This document shows positions 12,149 through 22,715 of a DNA stretch of 64,000 bases, piece by piece. The stretch lies in contig NC_058383.1 of NCBI RefSeq assembly GCF_018350175.1, forward strand, positions 30,692,001-30,756,000. The letters run 5' to 3'. This stretch comes from Felis catus. Its lineage: Eukaryota. Made by a program: the position numbers and the translations under genes. The notes below the pieces were generated by a model, which did no database searches, was not told where the DNA came from, and saw nothing but the letters and a program-made list of their open reading frames with translations. Each line of letters opens with the position of its first letter. Position 1 is the stretch's first letter.

Positions 12149-12917
12149 TTTAGAGCTATTTCCACCCCACACTGTCTGTATAATGGACACCTGGAAAGTT
12201 AATTCAGCAGCATATACCTATATTTTTTGAGTGTAAGCTATATGCTGGTTAAATTTTGTAATTTCTCTTACTGGTACATGCACTTACTGTATCAGCCCAT
12301 TAGCTATTTAAGTTCAGGCAAAACTTGTCAACACACAGTCTTTTTAATGTTTCAGGTCTGAGTTACTGTTTTAGATGGAAGGATGCAGACACTCTTAGTT
12401 TCAAGTAAATATAGAAGTCTCTTTCTGACCATTAGGACAAATGCTCTTGTTTATTGAATAATTGAGTAATTGCTAATAAAATAACTTGTATGTTCATTAA
12501 AGCCGTGTTCTCTGCTGGGCAAATACATCGTCTCCCCTGGCCAGAATGGCGTTCTTAGTTTTAAAAACTACAAATTACTGTTTTCTTGATTTGTGAGAAG
12601 TACAGAAAGAAACTTATAATTTTTGGAGAATTTTGAGAAACCATGGCTGATCACCCAAAAGTATTTCTTTTTATTTTTTTCTATTTTTTTTTTCAATATA
12701 TGAAATTTATTGTCAAATTGGTTTCCATACAACACCCAGTGCTCATCCCAAAAGGTGCCCTCCTCAATACCCATCACCCACCTTCCCCTCCCTCCCACCT
12801 CCCATCAACCCTCAGTTTGTTCTCAGTTTTTAACAGTCTCTTATGCTTTGGCTCTCTCCCACTCTAACCTCTTTTTTTTTTTTCCTTCCCCTCCCCCATG
12901 GGTTTCTGTTAACTTTC

Positions 12918-15900
12918 TCAGGATCCACATAAGAGTGAAAACATATGGTATCTGTCTTTCTCTGTATGGCTTGTTTCACTTAGCATCACACTCTCCAGTT
13001 CCATCTATGTTGCTACAAAGGGCCATATTTCATTCTTTCTCATTGCCACGTAATACTCCCTTGTGCATATAAACCACAATTTCTTTATCCATTCATCGGT
13101 TGATGGACGTTTAGGCTCTTTCCATAATTTGGCTATTGTTGAGAGTGCTGCTGTAAACATTGGGGTACAAGTGCCCCTATGCATCAGCACTCCTGTGTCC
13201 CTTGGGTAAATTCCTAGCAGTGCTATTGCTGGGTCATAGGGTAGGTCTACTTTTAATTTTCTGAGGAACCTCCATGCTGTTTTCCAGAGCGGCTGCACCA
13301 GTTTGCATTCCCACCAACAGTGCAAGAGGGTTCCCGTTTCTCCACATCCTCTCCAGCATCTATAGTCTCCTGATTTGTTCATTTTGGCCACTCTCACTGG
13401 CGTGAGGTGATATCTGAGTGTGGTTTTGATTTGTATGTCTCTGATAAGGAGCAACCTTGAGCATCTTTTCATGTGCCTGTTGGCCATCCGGATGTCTTCT
13501 TTAGAGAAGTGTCTATTCATGTTTTCTGCCCATTTCTTCACTGGGTTATTTGTTTTTCGGGTGTGGAGTTTGGTGAGCTCTTTATAGATTTTGGATCCTA
13601 GCCCTTTGTCCGATATGTCATTTGCAAATATCTTTTCCCATTCTGTTGGTTGCCTTTTAGTTTTGTTGGTTGTTTCCTTTGCAGTGAAGAAGCTTTTTAT
13701 CTTCATAAGGTCCCAGTAATTCATTTTTGCTTTTAATTCCCTTGCCTTTGGGGATGTGTCAAGTAAGAGATTGCTACGGCTGAGGTCAGAGAGGTCTTTT
13801 CCTGCTTTCTCCTCTAGGGTTTTGATGGTTTCCTGTCTCACATTCAGGTCCTTTATCCATTTTGAGTTTATTTTTGTGAATGGTGTGAGAAAGTGGTCTA
13901 GTTTCAACCTTCTGCATGTTGCTGTCCAGTTCTCCCAGCACCATTTGTTAAAGAGGCTGTCTTTTTTCCATTGGATGTTCTTTCCTGCTTTGTCAAGGAT
14001 TAGTTGGCCATACGTTTGTGGGTCTAGTTCTGGGGTTTCTGTTCTATTCCATTGGTCTATATGTCTGTTTTGTGCCAATACCATGCTGTCTTGATGACAG
14101 CTTTGTAGTAGAGGCTAAAGTCTGGGATTGTGATGCCTCCTGCTTTGGTCTTCTTCAAAATTACTTTGGCTATTCGGGGCCTTTTGTGGTTCCATATGAA
14201 TTTTAGGATTGCTTGTTCTAGTTTCGAGAAGAATGCTGGTGCAATTTTGATTGGGATTGCATTGAATGTGTAGATAGCTTTGGGTAGTATTGACATTTTG
14301 ACAATATTTATTTTTCCAATCCATGAGCAGGGAATGTCTTTCCATTTCTTTAAATCTTCTTCAATTACCTTCATAAGCTTTCTATAGTTTTCAGCATACA
14401 GATCTTTTACATCTTTGGTTAGATTTATTCCTAGGTATTTTATGCTTCTTGGTGCAATTGTGAGTGGGATCAGTTTCTTTATTTGTCTTTCTGTTGCTTC
14501 ATTGTTAGTGTATAAGAATGCAACTGATTTCTGTACATTGATTTTGTATCCTGCAACTTTGCTGAATTCATGTGTCAGTTCTAGCAGACTTTTGGTGGAG
14601 TCTGTTGGGTTTTCCACGTATAATATCATGTCATCTGCAAAAAGCGAAAGCTTGACTTCATCTTTGCCAATTTTGATGCCTTTGATTTCCTTTTGTTGTC
14701 TGATTGCTGATGCTAGAACTTCCAACACTATGTTAAACAACAGGGGTGAGAGTGGGCATCCCTGTCGTGTTCCTGATCTCAGGGAAAAAGCTCTCAGTTT
14801 TTCCCCATTGAGGATGATGTTAGCTGTGGGCTTTTCATAAATGGCTTTTATGATGTTTAAGTATGTTCCTTCTATCCCGACTTTCTGAAGGGTTTTTATT
14901 AAGAAAGTGTGCTGAATTTTGTCAAATGCCTTTTCTGCATCGATTGACAGGATCATATGGTTGTTATCTTTTCTTTTATTAATGTGATGTATCACGTTGA
15001 CTGATTTGCGAATGTTGAACCAGCCCTGCATCCCAGGAATGAATCCCACTTGATCATGGTGAATAATTCTTTTTATATGCCGTTAAATTCGATTTGCTAG
15101 TATCTTATTGAGAATTTTTGCATCCATATTCATCAGGGATATTGGCCTGTAGTTCTCTTTTTTTACTGGGTCTCTGTCTGGTTTAGGAATCAAAGTAATA
15201 CTGGCTTCATAGAATGAGTCTGGAAGTTTTCCTTCCCTTTCTATTTCTTGGAATAGCTTGAGAAGGATAGGTATTATCTCTGCTTTAAACGTCTGGTAGA
15301 ACTCCCCTGGGAAGCCATCTGGTCCTGGACTCTTACTTGTTGGGAGATTTTTGATAACCGATTCAATTTCTTCGCTGGTTATGGGTCTGTTCAAGCTTTC
15401 TGTTTCCTCCTGATTGAGTTTTGGAAGAGTGTGGGTGTTTAGGAATTTGTCCATTTCTTCCAGGTTGTCCATTTTGTTGGCATATAATTTTTCATAGTAT
15501 TCCCTGATAATTGTTTGTATCTCTGAGGGATTGGTTGTAATAATTCCATTTTCATTCATGATTTTATCTAATTGGGTCATCTCCCTTTTCTTTTTGAGAA
15601 GCCTGGCTAGAGGTTTGTCAATTTTGTTTATTTTTTCAAAAAACCAACTCTTGGTTTAGTTGATCTTCTCTACAGATTTTTTAGATTCTATATTGTTTAT
15701 TTCTGCTCTGATCTTTATTATTTCTCTTCTTGTGCTGGGTTTAGGCTGTCTTTGCTGCTCTGCTTCTATTTCCTTTAGGTGTGCTGTTAGATTTTGTATT
15801 TGGGATTTTTCTTGTTTCTTGAGATAGGCCTGGATTGCAATGTATTTTCCTCTCAGGACTGCCTTCGCTGCGTCCCAAAGCATTTGGATTGTTGTATTTT

Positions 15901-16981
15901 CATTTTCGTTTGTTTCCATATATTTTTTAATTTCTTCTCTAATTGCCTGGTTGACCGACTCATTCGTTAGTAGGGTGTTTTTTAACCTCCATGCTTTTGG
16001 AGTTTTTCCAGACTTTTTCTTGTGGTTGATTTCAAGCTTCATAGCATTGTGGTCTGAAAGTATGCATGGTATAATTTCAATTCTTGTATACTTATGAAGG
16101 ACTGTTTTGTGACCCAGTATGTGATCTATCTTGGATAATGTTCCATGTGCACTCGAGAAGAAAGTATATTCTGTTGCTTTGGGATGCAGAGTTCTAAATA
16201 TATCCGTCAAGTCCATCTGATCCAATGTATCATTCAGGGCCCTTGTTTCTTTATTGACCGTGTGTCTAGATGATCTATCCATTTCTGTAAGTGGAGTGTT
16301 CAAGTCCCCTGCAATTACCACATTCTTATCAATAAGGTTGCTTATGTTTATGAGTAATTGTTTTATATATTTGGGGGCTCCCGTATTCGGTGCATAGACA
16401 TTTATAATTGTTAGCTCTTCCTGATGGATAGACCCTGTAATTATTATATAATGCCCTTCTTCATCTCTTGTTACAGCCTTTAATTTAAAGTCTAGTTTGT
16501 CTGATATAAGTATGGCTACTCCAGCTTTCTTTTGGCTTCCAGTAGCATGATAAATAGTTCTCCATCCCCTCACTCTCAATCTGAAGGTGTCCTCAGGTCT
16601 AAAATGAGTCTCTTGTAGACAGCAAATAGATGGGTCTTGTTTTTTTATCCGTTCTAATACCCTATGTCTTTTGGTTGGCGCATTTAGTCCATTTGCATTC
16701 AGTGTTATTATAGAAAGATATGGGTTTAGGGTCGCCTGGGTGGCGCAGTCGGCTAAGCGTCCGACTTCAGCCAGGTCACGATCTCGCAGTCCGTGGGTTC
16801 GAGCCCTGCGTCAGGCTCTGAGCTGATGGCTCAGAGCCTGGAGCCTGTTTCCGATTCTGTGTCTCCCTCTCTCTCTGCCCCTCCCCCGTTCATGCTCTGT
16901 CTCTCTCTGTCCCAAAAATAAATAAACGTTGAAAAAAAAAACTAAAAAAAAAAAGAAAGAAAGATATGGGTTTAGAGTCAC
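12918..16981 (-). pseudogene. L1 ORF2 (endonuclease / reverse transcriptase), disrupted
   Basis: EN motifs (NVYAPN, SDHN), RT motifs ([14 protein letters not shown]) and C-terminal Cys-rich region. Start codon appears as GTG (16979-16981); SINE inserted near codon 8; nonsense codons at 15656, 15083 and 13005; frameshift near 14068; natural stop inferred at 12918. Confidence 0.95.
16729..16957 (+). mobile_element. Young felid Can-SINE inserted in L1 ORF2
   Basis: gggtcgcctgggtggcgcagtcgg head, (CT)n, long A tail; perfect TSD agaaagatatgggtttag at 16712-16729 and 16958-16975. Confidence 0.97.
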
Positions 16982-17031
16982 TGTGATGTCTGTATGTTTT
17001 ATGCTTGTAGCGATGTCTCTGGTACTTTGTC

Positions 17032-17869
17032 TCACAGGATCCCCCTTAGTATCTCTTGTAGGGCTGGTGTAGTGGTGACAAATTCCTTCAGTTTTTGTTT
17101 GTTTGGTAAGACCTTTATCTCTCCTTCTATTCTAAATGACAGACTTGCTGGATAAAGGATTCTCGGCTGCATATTTTTTCTGTTCATCACATTGAAGATC
17201 TCCTGCCAATCCTTTCTGGCCTGCCAAGTTTCAGAAGAGAGATCAGTCACGAGTCTTATAGGTGTCCCTTTATATGTTAGGGACACCTTTGTATGTCGTG
17301 CAGAAGATCGATTCAAGTTACGTCTGAAGGGAGTTCTCTGTGCCTCTTGGATTTCAATGCCTTTTTCCTTCCCCAGTTCAGGGAAGTTCTCAGCTATTAT
17401 TTCTTCAAGTACACCTTCAGCACCTTTCCCTCTCTCTTCCTTCTCTGGGATACCAATTATGCGTATATTATTTCTTTTTAGTGCATCACTTAGTTCTCTA
17501 ATTTTCCCCCTCATACTCCTGGATTTTTTTATCTCTCTTTTTCTCAGCTTCCTCTTTTTCCATAATTTTATCTTCTAGTTCACCTGTTCTCTCCTCTGCC
17601 TCTTCAATCCGAGCCGTGGTTGTTTCAATTTTATTTTGCATCTCGTTTATAGCGTTTTTCAGCTCCTCCTGACTATTCCTTAGTCCCTTGATCTCTGTAG
17701 CAATAGATTCTCTGCTGTCCTCTATACTGTTTTCAAGACCAGTGATTAATTTTATGACTATTATTCTAAATTCACTTTCTGTTATATTATTTAAATCCTT
17801 TTTGATCAGTTCATTAGCTGTTGTTATTTCCTGGAGATTCTTTTGAGGGGAATTCTTCCGTTTGGTCAT
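17032..17869 (-). pseudogene. L1 ORF1 (RNA-binding, coiled-coil), disrupted
   Basis: MTKRKNSPQK start, coiled-coil, RNNIRIIGIPE and QPRILYPA motifs; frameshift near 17505; internal in-frame deletion near 17280. Confidence 0.93.
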
Positions 17870-18797
17870 TTTGGATAGTCCCTGGAGTGGTGCAGACCTG
17901 CAGGGCACTTCCCCTGTGCTGTGGTGTATAACTGGAGTTGGTGGGCGGGGCTGCAGTCAGACCTGATGTCTGCCCCCAGCCCACCGCTGGGGCCACAGTC
18001 AGACTGGTGTGTGCCTTCTCTTCCCCTCTCCTAGGGGCGGGATTCACTGTGGGGTGGCGTGGCCCGTCTGGGCTACTTGCACACTGCCAGGCTTGTGGTG
18101 CTGGGGATCTGGCGTATTAGCTGGGGTGGATTGGCAAGGTGCACAGGGACAGGAGGGCAGGCTCAGCTCGCTCTTCCTTCCGAGATCTGCTTTGGGGGGG
18201 GCCCTGCGGCACCCAGAGGGAGTCAGACCCGCCGGAGGGGTGGCTCCGCAGAAGCACAGTGTTGGGTGTTTGCCCGGTGCAAGCAAGTTTCCTGGCAGGG
18301 AACTGGTTCCCTTTGGGATTTTGGCTGGGGGATGGGCGAGGGAGATGGCGCTGGCGAGTGCCTTTGTTCCCCGCCAAACTGAGCTCTGTCATCCCAGGGC
18401 TCAGCAACTCTCCCTCCCGTTGTCCTCCAGCCTTCCCGCTTTCCGAGCAGAGCTGTTAACTTATGACCTCCCAGATGTCAAGTCCCGCTTGCTGTCGGAA
18501 CACACTCCGTCCGGCCCCTCCACTTTTGCAAGCCAGACTCGGGGGCTCTGCTTGACCGGCAGTCTGCCCCTCCGACCCGGCTCCCTCCCGCCAGTCCTTG
18601 CAGCGCGCACCGCCTCTCCGCCCTTCCTACCCTCTCCCGTGGGCCTTTCGTCTGTGCTTGGCTCCGGAGACTCCGTTCTGCTAGTCTTCTGGCGGTTTTC
18701 TGGGTTATTTAAGCAGGTGTAGGTGGAATCTAAGTGATCAGCAGGGCGTGCGGTGAGCCCAGCGTCCTCCTATGCTGCCATCTTCCCTAGAATCCTT
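17870..18797 (-). promoter_or_regulatory. L1 5' UTR internal promoter (CpG-rich) with YY1-type site
   Basis: GC/CpG-rich region upstream of ORF1; gccatctt (AAGATGGC on - strand) at 18777-18784 at the element's 5' end, as in other mammalian L1s. Confidence 0.75.
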
Positions 18798-18849
18798 GTA
18801 TTTGTTTTTCAAGATGGTAAGCTTTTTTCTCCAATTGACCCTCCTCTCG

Positions 18850-19023
18850 TTTTTGTTAATAAAGCTTTATTGGATCACAGCCATACCCATGCGTTTACAT
18901 AACTATGAATGGCGGCTGCTTCCCTGCGATGAAGTAAGGGCAGAGCTGAGTAGTGGTTACACAGAGACCACATGGCCCTAAAATACTCCGTGACCCTTTA
19001 CAGAAAATGTTGGCGGACCCCAG
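18850..19023. mobile_element. MER58A hAT-Charlie fossil
   Basis: aataaagctttattggatcacagccatacccat...gcagagctgagtagtgg...cagagacc...ccctttacagaaaatgtt. Confidence 0.8.
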
Positions 19024-19330
19024 GTCACTTAAGTACAAGCGATCCCCAGAGGACGTTCCATGGAAATGTCTTTAAGATCCCGCTTCGGTTAATGGGAGTT
19101 TGGGGATGGGAAGGTTTGAATTCACACAAGGCCGAAACTGGGAGTGACAGGGTGCTTTGATGCTCCCCACGTGGAGGAGGTGGATGCAGATGTGAGCCTG
19201 CACCTCCCCTGTCTCCATTTCGGCCAGCCCTCCGTGCAGCCCCCTGGCCTCCAGCTGAGCTGGAATCTGACCTGGAGTCCTGGTGCCACCATGCACTCCC
19301 CTGGAGGACGTGCGTGAGAATTTCCCCCAT

Positions 19331-19531
19331 GGGGGCGCCTGCGTGGCTCAGTCAGTTAAGCATCCAACTCTTGATTTCGGCTCAGGTCATGATCTCGCAG
19401 TTAATGAGATCAAGCCCCGAGTCGGGCTCTGTGCTGACAGCGTGGAGCCTGCTTGGGATTCTCTCTCTCCCTCTATCTGCCCCTCCCCCACCTTTTCTCT
19501 CTCTTTCAAAATAAAGAAGCTTGAAATAAAA
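19331..19531 (+). mobile_element. Can-SINE
   Basis: ggggcgcctgcgtggctcagtc head to A tail; TSD agaatttcccccat / agaatttcttctat. Confidence 0.93.
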
Positions 19532-19669
19532 AGAATTTCTTCTATATCGCACAACTGGAGAGCGTTCAAAGGCATAGCGAGGGAATCCTGCCCCTGCTTT
19601 CCCAGCACCCCAACTCCTGTCCTTCCCTCGTGTGCCCCGTCTCTCACAGGCTTTTAGTTTCCATCCACT

Positions 19670-20280
19670 TGGACCAGACTCCTGGGTTCTGACCCCAGCC
19701 CTGCCGGGGACATGCTGAGTTAGGCAAACTGTGAAATGTGTCTACGTCTGTCCTCTCATCTGCCAAACTGGGATAATAGCCATGCCGTCTCTGTAGGGAA
19801 ATTGTGGGGATTACGCCTTCTGAGAACACATAAAGTGCTCTTCAGAAGTGTGTCTGATAGGAGCGCTCCATAAACACCACTTATCATCACTGTCATTACC
19901 ACCATAATGATTGTCCTACCTCAAGTCCCAGGACAGATGTGAACAAAGAACCGGCAGAAGTGGAGGGTGTGTTTAGGTCAAAGCCACCTCCTCCAGGAAG
20001 CCCTCTCACTGGGCCTGCCGTGTCATGATCCTTGGCACTTTGTACCTCGAAGGTGATGGACAGAACATCTTCTGAGTCAGCCCGACCCTTGTGTGTGGTC
20101 ACACAAATCCTCGCTCTGTGACCCCAGGCAAGTCCCTTAACCTCTCTGTGTGTCATTCTTCTTACCTGCAAAAGGGGGCAAATGTCTTCATGGGGGTTCT
20201 TGTGAAGCTTAACTGAAACGATACATAATAAGCGTAGTTCTCGGCTCAGGGTGGGCGTTCAGTAAATAAAACACTGCAAA
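19670..20280 (+). mobile_element. MIR fragments (about 19670-19880 and 20100-20280)
   Basis: ccagactcctgggttctg...ctcatctgccaaactgggataatag and ctgtgaccccaggcaagtcccttaacctctctgtg. Confidence 0.55.
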
Positions 20281-20838
20281 CCGTGCACTTATCACTTGCT
20301 GCCTTTTATTATGGATAGCTGTTTATATTACTATCCAGCTGTAGGCCTTGAGCGTTCAGTTGCTAGGAATGGTCATTCTGGGTGCCCCACTACCCTCCCA
20401 CCGAGGGGGAGCTCCACAAGTGTTTATTGCCCCGAGCTGGCGGAAGAAACAGCCTCCAGCTTCACCCAGAGATTGTGGAGCTGGTCTTTCCCCTCCTGCA
20501 CATTCCCTTGCCGGCCTGGGCCACAGGCTCTCAGGCATTTGGGGAGATGCGTGCCAGTGAAATGTAAGGAAAGTGATTCTAGAGGAACCTAGAATTCCCA
20601 AATTGGCAACTCAAAACCCTGACCCAGTAGTGGACCGTACCCTGATTTCAGATTCGTGGCTGCACCTCCCAGCCCTGCTGAAGAAACATATTTCTGCCCC
20701 TTTGCCACGCGGGCCACCCCAGGCCGCCGGTTGCTGGCAGGGATCACCGTCTCAAGGCCTGCCTCTCAGCTACCTGCTGAGGAAAGCCTTTCCCTGTAGC
20801 AGGGATTATTTGCACCTGTTTTCTATATGTTCCTACTG

Positions 20839-20840
20839 AT

Positions 20841-20915
<75 letters not shown>

Positions 20916-21235
20916 CTCTTTCTCTCTTTCTCTCTTTCTCTCTTTCTCTCTTTCTCTCTTTCTCTCTTTCTCTCTTTCTCTCTTTCTTTCTTTCTCTTTC
21001 TTTCTCTTTCTTTCTTTCTTTCTTTCTTCTTTTTCTTCCTTCCTTCCTTTTCTTTCTCTGTCTTTTTCTTTCTTTCTTTCTTTCTTTCTTTTTCTTCATT
21101 CCTTTTCTTTCTCTGTCCTTTCTTTTCTTTTTCTTTCTTTCTTTCTTTCTTTCTCTCTTTCTCTCTTTCTTTCTCTTTCTTTCTTTTTCTTTCTTTCTTT
21201 CTTTCTCTCTTTCTTTCTTTCTCTTTCTTTCTTTT

Positions 21236-21280
<45 letters not shown>

Positions 21281-21317
21281 TTTTTCTTCCTTCCTTCCTT
21301 TTCTTTCTCTGTCCTTT

Positions 21318-21364
<47 letters not shown>

Positions 21365-21530
21365 CTTCATTCCTTTTCTTTCTCTGTCCTTTCTTTTCTT
21401 TTTCTTTCTTTCTTTCTTTCTTTCTTTCGTTCTTTCTCTTCCTTCCTTTTCTTTTTCTTTTCCTTTCTTTTCCTTTTCTTTCTTTCCTTCCTTCTTTCCT
21501 TCATTCTTTCTTTTCTTTCCTTCCTTCCTT
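20839..21530. repeat. About 690-bp polypyrimidine/polypurine (CTTT)n-type simple repeat
   Basis: Almost pure C/T on the + strand: (TTTC)n, (TTTCTC)n, (TTCC)n. Confidence 0.98.
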
Positions 21531-22555
21531 CCAGCACATTTTTTTCTTACCACTGAGGCAGGAAAAATGGGAATTGTGACTAATGATTTACAACACAATT
21601 TTCAGTATTCCAGCCGGCAATGTGAAGGATGCATAACATTTTCATAAATGTATATCTACTCAGGATAAAAGCAAAGCTGTCCAATTTAAATCTGTTTACT
21701 CTTTCCAGGCTTAAGTGACACTAAGGCCTTCAGGAAGCTGGTTCTTAATACTAGAATTGTACTGGGGAGCCTCCTGATTTCCTGACTGATTTGAGGCACA
21801 CTTCCAGTATTCGAATATTAAATTACATGGAGATTGCATTCCCTTCCCAACTGATTTGAAATGAATTTGAATCAAGACAGCTTAAAAATAGCTTTTATAG
21901 CATCTCTGTGACTTGATACCATGGAGAAATAAGCATGAAGCGAATGCCACAGAAGTGGTCCTCCCCTGATGCACAGGGGCTGCCTTTTGCTTGGGAATTC
22001 CTCTGGTGGTAATTTAAGAAGATGCTTGTCGTCCCCTTACAGCAGTTCATAATTCAAAAACAATCCATACGTAACAGTCAATTAAGGAACTGTAGAAGCA
22101 TGTCGGCCACAGATGACTAATGAATAGCCGGGATGGAAACTCTGCCCAACTCCTGAAAACACCACTAGAATCAATCCCCCGTCAAGGAAACTGTGATTTA
22201 TTAATGCATCCCCTACCTCTGTTGAGTTGTGAATCAATGTTTCCCCATCAAAGGCTAATAGAAAAGCAGAGATGGGTCCTCATGGCCTGTCGGCATGAGA
22301 GGGACTGTAACTTGGACAGGAGACCATGTGGCAGAGCCAGCACGTGGTGTGTCTGTCCTCTGCCAGCCGCCAACCCCGCCCGAGACGGAGCCCCGAGGGT
22401 TCAGGAGTCTCTACTGTGGTACCTGTTTCCATGCTCTCCTTTAAACCTCCCTGCCACCCGTGAGTCATCTTCATTATTCGTCTCACAAGCCAGGGAACGG
22501 AGGCTCTCAAGGGTCAGTAATACCCTGCCCAAGGTCCCCAAAGAACAGAACCAGG

Positions 22556-22715
22556 CTTCCGACTCGATCTCAGCTCAGGTCGTGATCTCACGGGTTTGTG
22601 AGTTTGAGCCCCGCTGACAGCGTGGAGCCTGCTTGGGATTCTCTCTCTTCCTCTGTCTCTGCCCCTCCCATGCTCACTCTCTCTCTCACTCAAAATAAAT
22701 AAACAAAAAGAAATA
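22556..22715 (+). mobile_element. Can-SINE, 5'-truncated with internal deletion
   Basis: ctcagctcaggtcgtgatctcac...gctgacagcgtggagcctgcttgggattctc, A tail; TSD-like agaacagaa. Confidence 0.85.

Larger units (their letters stand above)
12673..18797 (-). mobile_element. Full-length felid LINE-1 (L1_Fc-like), inactivated
   Basis: Poly(A) tail (T-run about 12673-12693), 3' UTR, ORF2, 50-bp spacer, ORF1, GC-rich 5' UTR starting gggaagatggc on the - strand; TSD gtattt(c/g)ttttt at 12661-12672 and 18798-18809. Confidence 0.97.

Noticed and set aside
13005..16579. Four long ORFs as separate genes or an active retrotransposon
   Set aside because: They are pieces of one L1 ORF2 broken by nonsense codons and a frameshift.
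20744..21598. 284-aa K/E/R-rich and 250-aa F/L/S-rich ORFs
   Set aside because: Artefacts of the (CTTT)n tract, which lacks stop codons.
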